This document shows, in pieces, positions 30,584-40,283 of a stretch of 64,000 bases of DNA; the first letter of the stretch is position 1; every line of letters starts with the position of its first letter. This DNA comes from Acidobacteriota bacterium (lineage in GTDB: Bacteria > Acidobacteriota > UBA6911 > RPQK01 > JADFOI01): assembly GCA_963663035.1 (NCBI GenBank), contig OY760074.1:2464001-2528000 (forward strand), given 5' to 3'. Under the pieces are notes generated by a model that was not told the DNA's origin, ran no database searches, and saw nothing but the letters and a program-made list of their open reading frames with translations. Position numbers and translations under genes: made by a program.

Positions 30584-31365
30584 AAGACCTGTTTGATGAT
30601 CTCATGGTCCACCATCTGGACTTGCTGATTGGCTCCCTCCAGAAGACATAAACCGCAGAGATTATTGATGCGGCGCGCGATCCCTTGGCTGATTTCATGG
30701 ATTAAGTAAAGCGCTGCATCAGAAAAAACCTCCTTGTCACAGCCCGCAGTCTTCAGGCGATACTTGATATAACCTACCGTATCCTGGTCATCAAAGCGCT
30801 CAAGCTGAAACTTGGTAGCGATCCTCTCAGTAAGATGCGGATGGTCCTTCAAATGTTCCAGCAACTCAGGCTGTCCCACCAGGTGGATATTCAAAAGAGG
30901 CCGATCCTCCAGTTGCAGATAGAGCAGTGAACGCAGCTCCTCGAAAACCTTAGGGTCATCGATAATCTGTGCCTCGTCAATGATGAGAATATTTCTCTTT
31001 TTACTGGCCAGGTTTCGATAAAAAAAACGTAAGAGCTCCTGAAAACAGTCACTTCGATTGGGTTGCTCATCTTCTTGCCCAAATTAGCGAAGAATCTCCT
31101 CCAAGAACTCTTCCCCCTGAAAGATAGGATAGTCAATTAAAGCCACCTCATAGTGGCTTGCATCCAGGTTCTGGATCACGGTGCGAATAAGATGAGTCTT
31201 CCCGCACCCATATTCCCCCGTCAATAAGGCACACCCTTTCTCTTCGCTGAGTGCACTAAAAAGCTTGCTCAGCGCTTCCCGATGTTGCTTGGATGCGTAT
31301 AGAAAACGTGGGTCGGGGGTGTTTTCGAAGGGCGGCTCCTTTAAATTCCAGTAATCGAGATACAT
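30580..31365 (-). pseudogene. ExeA/GspA-like AAA ATPase with a premature stop
   Basis: MYLDYWNLKEPPFENTPDPRF, Walker A GEYGCGKT, IIDEAQ, LVGQPEL and GIARRINNLC all in one frame, with a single TAA at 31084-31086. Confidence 0.88.
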
Positions 31366-31426
31366 GCCGCAGTTTACTCTTGGCCCGACCTGAGGAGGGG
31401 AATGTGGGGACAACCCACTCGTTCCT

Positions 31427-31456
31427 CTAGCCGGGATTATGCATCATCCCGGCTAG
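31427..31456. repeat. Ends-only remnant of the palindromic element
   Basis: CTAGCCGGGATTATGCATCATCCCGGCTAG equals the fused termini of copy A. Confidence 0.75.
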
Positions 31457-31496
31457 CAGCAGTTTAGCAGTTTCACGATCAACGAGCATAAATCTC

Positions 31497-32225
31497 TCAC
31501 GGGATACCGCCTACCTTCTTGATTTTTCCATCTCGTGTGAGCGTGTATCCCTCCGGCAGAGTGTCTTCAATCTTGGGACGAAAACCTTTCACACTCCAAC
31601 CCGTTTCGGCAAAGCGTTCCAGAATATGGCTGCGTACCCGCGGCCGCTCCTCGGAATCCAAATAACACTCCAGGGCCTCCTGGCGCGCCTGGTCTTCAGA
31701 CCGGTCGAGAAAATAGTCCAGAGCCGCCAGCCGAACGTCGTCCGCCTCATCCCCCAGAAAGAGCCTTACCGTATCCACCAGCTGGGAGGACTGAACCTCC
31801 AACAATCGGATCAATTGCGCGGTGGGATCAGAGCTGGCAGGCGGACTGTCCCAGTGGTCACGCAAAATCTCGCTCATCTTTTCGGTAAACTCCTCTTCCG
31901 TCACGGTCTCTCTCAGAGCTCTCATGGCCCAATAGACTTGTCTCTCTCTTTTCAGGAACTGAATGAGGGGCGGCACCGCTCTCTCACCCATGTGGACAAT
32001 CCAGGAAAGCACTTCCTCCTTCTCCTGCTCATCCTGGTCGGAGGGGGAAACATTGATGATAAATCGATCGAGCAGTGCCAGAAGGGCCTCCGCTGTGCCC
32101 ATCTCACGCAGCCGGTGGGCCGCACTCATTCTCGTCGCCGGATCCCCATGGGGTTCTCTGACCTTCTTGCGAGCCCTTTCGATCTGCTTCTCAGGCGAAC
32201 TACGGAACAGTGAGAGTAGATCCAT
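31497..32225 (-). CDS. HEAT-repeat protein
   Basis: Repeated helical units (RMSAAHRL, AVPPLIQFL, DDVRLAALD). Confidence 0.7.
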   Translation of the reverse strand: MDLLSLFRSSPEKQIERARKKVREPHGDPATRMSAAHRLREMGTAEALLALLDRFIINVSPSDQDEQEKEEVLSWIVHMGERAVPPLIQFLKRERQVYWAMRALRETVTEEEFTEKMSEILRDHWDSPPASSDPTAQLIRLLEVQSSQLVDTVRLFLGDEADDVRLAALDYFLDRSEDQARQEALECYLDSEERPRVRSHILERFAETGWSVKGFRPKIEDTLPEGYTLTRDGKIKKVGGIP

Positions 32226-32269
32226 AATTGATGGTCTCACAACTAGCACAATCAGGTTCGAAGGTCCAG

Positions 32270-32347
32270 GGCCCGTGGGCTAAAGCCCACGGCTCTGACT
32301 GATCCTCGCTGGCTCCAATCAGAGCCGCAGGCTTTAGCCTGCGGGCC
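32270..32347. repeat. REP-like doublet
   Basis: CCGTGGGCTAAAGCCCACGG ... CCGCAGGCTTTAGCCTGCGG; recurs at 34160, 57000 and 62297. Confidence 0.85.
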
Positions 32348-32597
32348 AGCGGGGACTTAAACGCAGGTCCTGAACTGTCTCCTGGCTCCTACTTCCTGTC
32401 TCCTTCTTCATGTCACCTGTAAACTGCGGTTGACATCGCGGGAGAAAAAGGGCGTTTTTCCGCTCTTGGGCATTACTTTCTTAATAACTTAACTCGTTTT
32501 TTTATAGATATTTATAAGGAAGTTCCTGACATCGCAGGATACCCGCCTGGGGATGGCATGTTACTTGCTTAAGAGACAGGTGATTAAGTGCAGTTAG

Positions 32598-33890
32598 GTG
32601 AAGTCAATGACTGAATTACAACGCTACACAGATTTCAGCATGAATGTCCACCAGAAGGTGGGGGGCGCACGAGCTCCTCTCAGTGCGACCATTGAGCTGA
32701 CACTCCGTTGTCCCTTGACCTGTGCACACTGCTACAACAATCTCCCTATGGGAGACCGCGAGGCACGCTCAGGGGAACTGAGCTACGAAGAACACTGCCG
32801 TATTCTGGATGACATCACGGAAGCCGGCTGTTTCTGGCTTCTTTACACCGGGGGCGAGATCTTCGCGCGCAAGGATTTTCTGGACATCTATACCTACGCG
32901 AAACAAAAAGGACTTCTCATCACCTTGTTTACCAATGGGACTCTCATCACGCCCGAGATCGCAGATTATCTGGTCGAGTGGCGTCCCTTCTCCATCGAGA
33001 TTACGCTTTACGGTCGCACCCGCGAGACCTACGAGAAGCTGACCGGCATTCCAGGCTCCTATGACCGCTGTATGCGAGGGATTCAGCTGCTAATAGAGCG
33101 AAACTTACCGCTTGAGCTCAAGGCCGTCGCGGTGTCCATCACTAAGCATGAGATCTGGGAGATGAAGCGATGGGTGGAGGAAGATTCAGGCTTGAAATTC
33201 AAGTTTGACGCCATGATCAACCCAAGAATTGACTGCTCCCACAGTCCCTTGGCGACTCGGCTGAACCCAGCAGAGGTGGTGGCCCTGGACCTGAAGGATC
33301 CCAAGCGAAAAGCGGAGTGGGTCAAGCACACACAGGCCTCCATTGATCGAGTGCACCTATGGGCCGACAGCGAGGACGTCTACCACTGCGGAGGTGGAGT
33401 CCAGTCTTTTGCCATTGATCCCAGTGGGAAGATGAGCATCTGTGTGCTCTCACACTTTGACACTTACGATCTCCGCACAGGAAGCTTTCAGGAAGGCTGG
33501 GACGGCTTCCTTTCTCAGGTGCGGCACAAGAAGAGGACGAGATTGACCAAGTGTGTGGCCTGTGGGCTGAAAGAGATGTGCGGGATGTGTCCCGCTAACG
33601 GGGAGCTGGAAAATGGCGACCCGGAGGCACCGGTGGATTTCCTTTGCCATGTGGCCCATCTCCGCGCCCACGCCGTCGGTTTGCAGGTTCCCCCTCATGG
33701 GGACTGTGAGTACTGCCAGGATGGAGCAAACTATGAGGATTTAATGCAATCGCTGGCTGCTGTAGAAGAAGGCAGCGCTGCCAGAGAGCTGGCTTTCATC
33801 AAAAACGAGCAAGCCTTCTCTCTTCCCATCCTCACTGAGGAAACTGTTTCTGGAGGCAGCAGCTGCAGCGGCGGCGGCTGTTCCTCGTGA
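32598..33890 (+). CDS. Radical SAM/SPASM peptide maturase
   Basis: CPLTCAHC, TGGEIF and FTNGTLI motifs; SPASM cysteines CGGG...C...CVAC.....CGMCP...C. Confidence 0.93.
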   Translation: MKSMTELQRYTDFSMNVHQKVGGARAPLSATIELTLRCPLTCAHCYNNLPMGDREARSGELSYEEHCRILDDITEAGCFWLLYTGGEIFARKDFLDIYTYAKQKGLLITLFTNGTLITPEIADYLVEWRPFSIEITLYGRTRETYEKLTGIPGSYDRCMRGIQLLIERNLPLELKAVAVSITKHEIWEMKRWVEEDSGLKFKFDAMINPRIDCSHSPLATRLNPAEVVALDLKDPKRKAEWVKHTQASIDRVHLWADSEDVYHCGGGVQSFAIDPSGKMSICVLSHFDTYDLRTGSFQEGWDGFLSQVRHKKRTRLTKCVACGLKEMCGMCPANGELENGDPEAPVDFLCHVAHLRAHAVGLQVPPHGDCEYCQDGANYEDLMQSLAAVEEGSAARELAFIKNEQAFSLPILTEETVSGGSSCSGGGCSS

Positions 33891-33949
33891 GCTTAATTGG
33901 GTTTACCTTGGGAAATGCGAAAGAGAATTCATAAGAGAGGAAATGGTCT

Positions 33950-34129
33950 ATGAAAACGAAGCAAACAGAGGAACAACCGAAGAGACCCTACAAGAAGCCT
34001 GAACTGCTGCAGGTCCCTTTGAGAGCTGAAGAGGCTGTGCTGGGAAACTGCAAGATGTCTAGTTCAAGTGGCCCCGCGCAGGCCACCTGTTCCGGTCCTC
34101 CTTTCCCCTGTTCTGGTGTGGGGTCGTAG
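33950..34129 (+). CDS. 59-aa RiPP precursor peptide (not in the ORF track)
   Basis: GAGAGG RBS; MKTKQTEEQPKRPYKKPELLQVPLRAEEAVLGNCKMSSSSGPAQATCSGPPFPCSGVGS*; YxxPxL leader motif and three Cys. Confidence 0.88.
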   Translation: MKTKQTEEQPKRPYKKPELLQVPLRAEEAVLGNCKMSSSSGPAQATCSGPPFPCSGVGS

Positions 34130-34159
34130 GGAACGGTAGGAAGGGAGCATTCACTCCCA

Positions 34160-34187
34160 CAGAGCCGTGGGCTTTAGCCCATGGGCC
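34160..34187. repeat. Single REP-like hairpin after the precursor gene
   Basis: CAGAGCCGTGGGCTTTAGCCCATGGGCC. Confidence 0.75.
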
Positions 34188-34216
34188 AGAAACGAGTGGA
34201 CCATCCCTCTCCCCGC

Positions 34217-35107
34217 ATGAAGCAAGAAAGCCAATTCTGTCTTGAAGTTGCCGACATCTCCTTGCTGGTCTGCAGCGCTGATCCAACTCTAAAGCTTGAG
34301 ACTCAAGGGGCAATGACAGACTTTCTGGCCGGGGAAACCAAGCCGGATGCCCAGCTATCGGCCGCCTGGCGTGATCTGAGTCAGGTGAACCTGGGACGGA
34401 AGGTCTTCGATTCAGGGGCCCTGTGGCAATTGCACCGCCGCAATGGATCCTATCTTTACAGCTTCACCTCTTCCGCCATCGGTCCAGTCCCCTATAGAGT
34501 GGCCTCATTCGACTCCAGCTTTACCTCCGGAGATCTCTACCTCCACCATCCCTACTTTGAGTCGAAACCGGCACTGTACCCCTTGGAATACCCTCTGGCT
34601 GAACTGTGGTTAATCAATCTACTGGGCCAGGGTCGAGGAGCAGAGCTTCATGGCTGTGGAGTGGTGGACTCTCAAGGGAAAGGCCACCTTTTCGTAGGAC
34701 AGTCGGGCGCTGGGAAAAGTACTATGGCTCGCTTGTGGCAGCCGCAGCCGGGTATCCAGATCCTCAGCGACGACCGAATCGTGCTGCGCAAAGAGGGCAA
34801 AAAGCTTTGGATGCACGGCACCCCCTGGCATGGCGAGGCGGGACTCAGCAGTGCGGCTCGCGCCCCTCTGACTCGGATCTACTTCCTGCAGCACGGGCGA
34901 AAAAGCCAGTTGCTTCCCCAACGGCCAGCTGAGGCTGTTGGAAACCTGTTCACCTGCAGCTTTCCTCCTTTCTACGACCCTACTGCTCTGGACTTCACGC
35001 TGGGCTTTCTTGAGGAGGTGGTCAAGACGGTCCCCTGCTTTGAACTTCAGTTCCTCCCTGAGGAGAGTGTGATCGAACTCATATCCAGACTGAGCAGTGA
35101 TGACTGA
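34217..35107 (+). CDS. HPr-kinase-like P-loop protein (putative peptide kinase)
   Basis: LHGCGVV, GQSGAGKST, ILSDDR and HGTPW motifs; the ATG at 34181 lies inside a REP, so 34217 is preferred. Confidence 0.82.
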   Translation: MKQESQFCLEVADISLLVCSADPTLKLETQGAMTDFLAGETKPDAQLSAAWRDLSQVNLGRKVFDSGALWQLHRRNGSYLYSFTSSAIGPVPYRVASFDSSFTSGDLYLHHPYFESKPALYPLEYPLAELWLINLLGQGRGAELHGCGVVDSQGKGHLFVGQSGAGKSTMARLWQPQPGIQILSDDRIVLRKEGKKLWMHGTPWHGEAGLSSAARAPLTRIYFLQHGRKSQLLPQRPAEAVGNLFTCSFPPFYDPTALDFTLGFLEEVVKTVPCFELQFLPEESVIELISRLSSDD

Positions 35108-35658
35108 GGACTGAGCGACTGACCCCTACAGCGGCGGCGGAACGCGGAAGCCTGGTGGCGGAGTTGCTCACACATTCCTGGCGGCGTGAACCGTCTCCTC
35201 CCAGTCTCTCCCTTGCCGGGCTGGCCCATATTACCCCTTTGCTTCTCAAGACAGACAGCGCTGGGCTGGGCTGGTGGCGAGTTCAGCAGTCCGAGCTGCG
35301 AACATCGGCAGCAGCCCTGAGGCTGAAACATGCCTATATCGCTCATGTGCTCAGTGCTGAACTTCAGGAAAGAGAAATCGTCCAGGCCCTTGGACTGCTG
35401 CGCTCAGCCGGGATTGAGCCACTGCTGGGGAAAGGTTGGGCCATCACCCGGCTCTATCCCAGTGGAGGTCTCCGTTCCTCTATCGATATCGATCTGTGCG
35501 TCCGAAAAGAGCAGCGCTCACTCGCCAAAAGTACCTTAGCGGACCTCGTCGCTGAGGGATGCTGGCTGGATCTCCACACCCAGTTCCGGCCACTTGATCG
35601 ATCTGTGGAGGAGCTCTTTGCTCATTCCCAACTAGCTCGCCTGGGCGAGACAGAGATA
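35100..35658 (+). pseudogene. Nucleotidyltransferase-family protein, truncated by an IS
   Basis: GIEPLLGKGW...LYP..GLR.S.DIDL...LDLH motifs; frame runs into the IS3 left end; 7-bp duplication next to the ATG. Confidence 0.8.
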
Positions 35659-36925
35659 TGACCTTGCCCCCTAAAACGAGTCCAGTTTGAATGTTAGGAT
35701 TTCCGGTTTAGGAAGGAGGCAAGGATGGCAGGGAAGCGGTTTAGGGCAGAACAGATCATCATGAAGCTGCGTGAGGCAGAGGTGGGTCTGGCCCAAGGAC
35801 AGAGGGTGGGACAGGTGTCGAAGCAGATGGGGGTGAGCGAGCAGACCTACTACCGGTGGCGCAAAGAGTACGGAGGGCTCCGGTTGGACCAGGCCAAGAG
35901 GTTGAAGGTGTTGGAGAAGGAGAATACCCGGTTGAAGAAGCTGGTGGCGGATCTGTCTTTGGACAAGCAGATCCTGAAGGAAGTGTCCTCGGGAAACTTC
36001 TAGGCCCGGCGAACAGGAGACGAGCGGTGATGTGGGTACGAGAGCGATTAGGAGCAGAGCGAGTCTCCGAACGTCGGGCCTGCCAAGTGCTGGGACAGGT
36101 TCGATCGACCCAGCGAAGGGAAAGGCAAATTCCCGATGATGAGGCCCGATTGGTGGCCCGGATGGTGGAGTTGGCTACGCAATACGGGCGTTATGGCTAC
36201 CGGCGGGTCACGGCGATACTTCATGGGGAAGGGTGGAAGGTGAATCCTAAGCGGGTGGAGAGGCTGTGGAGACAAGAAGGGCTGAAAGTCCCGTCCAGAC
36301 AGCCGAAACGAAGGAGGCTGTGGCTTAATGACGGTTCCTGTGTTCGGTTACGAGCGGCTCGCAAGAACCACGTCTGGAGCTATGATTTCGTGCATGAACG
36401 GACCCATGATGGGCGAGCCTTTCGGCTATTGACGATCCTGGATGAGTACACCAGAGAGTGCCTCGCCATTGATGTGAAACGGCAGATGAATCACCAAGAC
36501 GTGTTGGACCGGCTGGCGGAGTTATTCGTTGATCGGGGAGTGCCTGAGTTTATCCGGTCCGATAACGGATCGGAGTTTACGGCACAGGCGGTCCGGGACT
36601 GGCTGCAGGCTGTTGGGGTAAGGACCTTGTACATCGAGCCGGGCAGCCCCTGGGAGAATGGGTACATTGAGAGTTTCAACGGGAAACTACGGGATGAGCT
36701 GCTGAACATGGAGATCTTCGACACGCTGGGGGAAGCCAAGGTGTTGGTAGAACGCTGGCGGAGGGATTACAATCAGATCCGGCCTCACAGCGCCTTGGCC
36801 TATCGGCCGCCGGCGCCAGAGGCCAAACTACCTAGGTCGCAGGCACTGGATCCAATCCCTTGGAGTGGACTTCAAATGGTCCCGGGTCTAGCATAGAGGG
36901 TGGACTCGTTCGTGGGGGCAGGTCA
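35659..36925 (+). mobile_element. IS3-family element, copy 2
   Basis: Same IRs and ORFs as copy 1 (orfA 35725-36003, orfB to 36896); no target duplication. Confidence 0.97.
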
Positions 36926-37415
36926 ACTCCCCGGCATTGCCCGCCGATTGCAGATCGTTGAGGATCTGTTCGTAGATGTCGCCAAAATGCTGGCGTTCGC
37001 TCAGGTTGTTGAAGTCGACCTCGTTGATTTTATTGACCACTTGGCGCATCAACTGGCCGGATTTCATGTAGTTGTAGGCGTCCTCGAACACGGCGCGAAC
37101 CACGCGTCGCCGGTCGCCGGAGCGTCCGGTCATCTGAAGAGCTTTCAGGGACGGGAACAGGCCGTCGTCAACGAAGGCGAGCAATTCCTCGCCGGTGATG
37201 CCCTCGGGATCGGCCGCCCAAGCTCGCCATTGGTAGCGCTGGGGGATCGGCGAGGCGTAGCCGGGCCGCATCAACTCCAGTTCCTGGTCCTGATCGTCGA
37301 TGATCTTGAGAAAGAACATCCAGCAAAGTTGACTGATGCGTTGGGCATCGCCATCGACGCCGGTGTCCTGGCGCATGATGTTCTGGATGGATTTGACGAG
37401 AGTGCGGACGGACAT
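36926..37415 (-). pseudogene. hsdM: Type I RM methyltransferase HsdM, N-terminal fragment only
   Basis: KSIQNIMRQDTGVDGDAQR, NYMKSG and GDIYEQIL..LQSAGNAGE, cut by the IS just before the expected FYTP. Confidence 0.9.
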
Positions 37416-37418
37416 GGG

Positions 37419-39869
37419 CTAAGCAATCTCCCGATAGAGAGCGGATTGAAGGTCGTGGACAGCCGCCACGAAACCTTCGTGTCCGCCAAAGGCGTTGATC
37501 AGCTGAACAGGGGTGCCGAGTTCGGTGAAGGGAGGAATGCGCAGCACCTCGGCGTCATCAAGGTTGAGCACCCCTTCGTCGGCGTATTTGGCGAGCAGCG
37601 TGTCGAGCACGGCGCGGGCCTGGTCACTGTATTGGCTGAATACGTCCCGTTTCTTGACGTTCTCGGCGCGCTCGCGCCGGGTCAGTGGTTTGGCGTCGAA
37701 GGCGACATGGCAAATCAAGTCGAAAGGATCGAGGTCTTTGCCCAGGGTTTCAGTGACAACGCCAAGGTCCAAGCCTTCGGCTTCCAACTCCTCGATAATC
37801 ACCTGTTTGCGTTGGGTTCCCTTCCAGCTCCTTAAGAATTCATCCAGGCTTGCAAAGCGCTTTCTGAGTGCCCTCTTGGTGAAGTCGCGCAGGGACTCGG
37901 TGACAAGTTTTCCGTTTTCGTCCAGGTATTCCACCCTTTCCGCGACGATGGTTGCGTCCACCCCGTCCACATAGACCTTGCGCCTCCCTGGCCCATCGGG
38001 TGGCAAGGTGATGTCCGGGGGAACATCGACGATCGTTTCGTCTTCGCCCGGTTCCGGCGGTATGGGGTCCTCATCCCTGGGTGGTATGTCGTCGGGTGGA
38101 GTTATGGGGTCGTCTTCGCCGGGTTCGTAAATCTGAACTGGATCGCCATCAAAATCCGGATCGGCGAAATGGCTGGTCGCTCCCCGAAAATCCATCAGGG
38201 TGAAGTAGAACTTGCGGGTGTCCTCATGCACGCGGGTGCCCCGCCCGACGATCTGCTTGAACTCGGTCATCGAGCCGACCGCGCGGTCGAGCACGATGAG
38301 CCGGCAGGTCTGGACATCGACGCCGGTCGAGAGGAGCTGCGACGTGGTGACCAGCACGGGGTATCGGGATTCCGGGTCAATGAAGTTGCCAAGTTGCGCC
38401 TGCCCTTCCGTGTCGGCACCGGTGATACGCATGACGTAGCGGTGGTTCGTCTCCACGAGGTCGGCGTTCTCGTTGATGAGCGCCTGACGCATGCGGGCGG
38501 CATGCTCCTGGTCGACGCAGAAAACGATCGCTTTCTGGAATCGGTTCCCGCTTTCCTTCAAAAACTCCGTGACTTTCCGGGCGACGAGCTTGGTTCGGTC
38601 ATCCAAAACCAGCGTCCGGTCGAAATCCCGGGTGTTATAGATGCGATCCTCGACTTCGGTGCCGTCTCGATCGAGCTGTCCATGCTCGGGACGGTAGCCT
38701 TCCACGTCACGATCGATATGGACCTTGATGACCTTGTAGGGGGCAAGAAAGCCGTCGCAGATGCCCTGTTTCAGGGAGTAAGAGTAAATGGGTTCACCGA
38801 AGTAATGGATGTTAGAGACGTATTGGGTCTCCTTGGGGGTGGCCGTGAGACCAATCTGCGTGGCCGACGAGAAGTACTCGAGAATCTCCCGCCAGGCCGA
38901 ATCCTCGGCAGCACTGCCGCGATGGCACTCGTCGATCACGATGAGATCGAAGAAGCTGGGCGATAACTCGCGGAAAACCTTCTGGTGGTCTTCCGGCCCG
39001 GTGATCGCCTGATAGAGGCCGAGATAGACCTCATAGGCCGTGTCGATGCGCCGCTTCCCCTCAATGGCGCGGGGTGGATCCCCGGGGGGATCATTTGCGC
39101 GTTCGATGGTCCCGGCCTGCGTCGAGAGCTTCGTCATCGCCGCCTTGAAAGGCCGGAAGTCGTTAACCATGGTCTGGTCGATCAACACGTTACGGTCGGC
39201 CAGAAACAGAATGCGCTTCTTGCGGCCCGCCTTCCAGAGCCGCCAGATGATCTGAAACGCGGTATAGGTCTTACCGGTTCCCGTCGCCATGACCAACAGG
39301 ATGCGGTCATGGCCCTTGGCGATGGCCTCGATAGTGGCATTGATCGCATTGACCTGGTAGTAGCGTGGCGCCTTCCCGCCGTCATCATCGAAATAGTCCT
39401 GGAGGACGATGGATTCAGACTCGGGCGTCAGTCCCTTCCAGGCGCGGTAGCGCTCCCACAGCTCGCCTGGCGGCGGGAAGGCGTCAAGGCCGAGTGTGGT
39501 TTCCCGCTCGGCAGCCGCGCCCGTCCGGTCGTGGAAGACGAAGCCGTCGCCATTGGAGGAAAACACGAAGGGGATACGCAGGGTCTCGGCGTAGTCCAGC
39601 CCCTGTTGCATGCCGTCGCCTGTGGCATGGGTATTGTCCTTGGCCTCGATCAGGGCGATGGGGATGTTGGGCTTGTAATACAGAATATAGTCGGCCCGCT
39701 TGCCTTTGCCCCGGCTGACCAGCTTGCCGCGCACGATGATGCGGCCCTTGGTGAAGCTCACCTCCTCGCGGATCTGCGCCATCTCGTCCCAACCGGCTTT
39801 TCGCAGGGCCGGTGTGATGAACTTGGTGCAGATGTCACGTTCGCTGAGGCTTTTCTTGTCTATCGTCAT
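37419..39869 (-). CDS. hsdR: Type I restriction endonuclease subunit R (EcoAI/EcoEI-like)
   Basis: LSERDICTKFITPAL, IEAK, MATGTGKT, DECHRGS, GLTATP and QIVGRGTR motifs; GGAGG RBS before ATG 39869. Confidence 0.95.
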   Translation of the reverse strand: MTIDKKSLSERDICTKFITPALRKAGWDEMAQIREEVSFTKGRIIVRGKLVSRGKGKRADYILYYKPNIPIALIEAKDNTHATGDGMQQGLDYAETLRIPFVFSSNGDGFVFHDRTGAAAERETTLGLDAFPPPGELWERYRAWKGLTPESESIVLQDYFDDDGGKAPRYYQVNAINATIEAIAKGHDRILLVMATGTGKTYTAFQIIWRLWKAGRKKRILFLADRNVLIDQTMVNDFRPFKAAMTKLSTQAGTIERANDPPGDPPRAIEGKRRIDTAYEVYLGLYQAITGPEDHQKVFRELSPSFFDLIVIDECHRGSAAEDSAWREILEYFSSATQIGLTATPKETQYVSNIHYFGEPIYSYSLKQGICDGFLAPYKVIKVHIDRDVEGYRPEHGQLDRDGTEVEDRIYNTRDFDRTLVLDDRTKLVARKVTEFLKESGNRFQKAIVFCVDQEHAARMRQALINENADLVETNHRYVMRITGADTEGQAQLGNFIDPESRYPVLVTTSQLLSTGVDVQTCRLIVLDRAVGSMTEFKQIVGRGTRVHEDTRKFYFTLMDFRGATSHFADPDFDGDPVQIYEPGEDDPITPPDDIPPRDEDPIPPEPGEDETIVDVPPDITLPPDGPGRRKVYVDGVDATIVAERVEYLDENGKLVTESLRDFTKRALRKRFASLDEFLRSWKGTQRKQVIIEELEAEGLDLGVVTETLGKDLDPFDLICHVAFDAKPLTRRERAENVKKRDVFSQYSDQARAVLDTLLAKYADEGVLNLDDAEVLRIPPFTELGTPVQLINAFGGHEGFVAAVHDLQSALYREIA

Positions 39870-39904
39870 CGGCCTCCTACCACCGCCAGCTCCGTGCTCG
39901 TCGG

Positions 39905-39966
39905 GCCTCCTTCCTAAACCGGAAATCCTAACATTCAAACTGGACTCGTTTTAGGGGGCAAGGTCA
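39905..39966 (-). mobile_element. Solo 62-bp left end of the IS3 element
   Basis: Reverse complement of IS bases 1-62 (TGACCTTGCC...GGAGGC), pointing into hsdR. Confidence 0.92.
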
Positions 39967-40283
39967 GAGCATCTCTCTTCGGCGGGCTCGTAGCGTTGGA
40001 TGGTGATCTCGCTTGCACGTGCACGCATCTGCGAGGCGTCGTGCCAGGCCTGCATCCGCAGCAGCATGTCCATGCTCACGTCAAAGGCCTTTTCGATGCG
40101 CAGTGCCATCTCCGGCGATAGCGCGGCGTTGCCGTTCAACAGGTCCGAAAGCGTAGCGCGGCGAACCCCCAGAATCTGGGAGGCCCTCGTAACGTTCAGA
40201 CCTAACTCCTCGATGACTTCCGTGCGGATGAAGTCACCCGGATGGGAAGGGGTCATGTTCACTTTAATGCCATTGGTAGCCAT
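39951..40283 (-). CDS. higA: HigA antitoxin (Xre HTH)
   Basis: HPGDFIR, LGVRRATLSDLLNG and LSPEMALRIEKAF motifs; stop supplied by the IS end. Confidence 0.92.
   Translation of the reverse strand: MATNGIKVNMTPSHPGDFIRTEVIEELGLNVTRASQILGVRRATLSDLLNGNAALSPEMALRIEKAFDVSMDMLLRMQAWHDASQMRARASEITIQRYEPAEERCSDLAP

Noticed and set aside
31084-31086. Recoded stop in the ExeA-like ATPase
   Set aside because: The codon is TAA rather than TGA/TAG and lies in no redox motif; a nonsense mutation is the simpler reading
25491-36928. ACT on the outer flanks of IS copies 1 and 2 as the target duplication of a composite transposon
   Set aside because: The left flank is wza sequence and the right flank is hsdM; joining them restores neither gene, so the 3-bp match is probably chance
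36900-39917. Long plus-strand ORFs of 265-311 aa
   Set aside because: Antisense shadows of the GC-rich hsdR/hsdM with no recognisable motifs
39870-39938. N-terminal extension of HsdR given in the ORF track
   Set aside because: It starts inside the IS-end fragment; ATG 39869 has its own GGAGG and gives the conserved N-terminus
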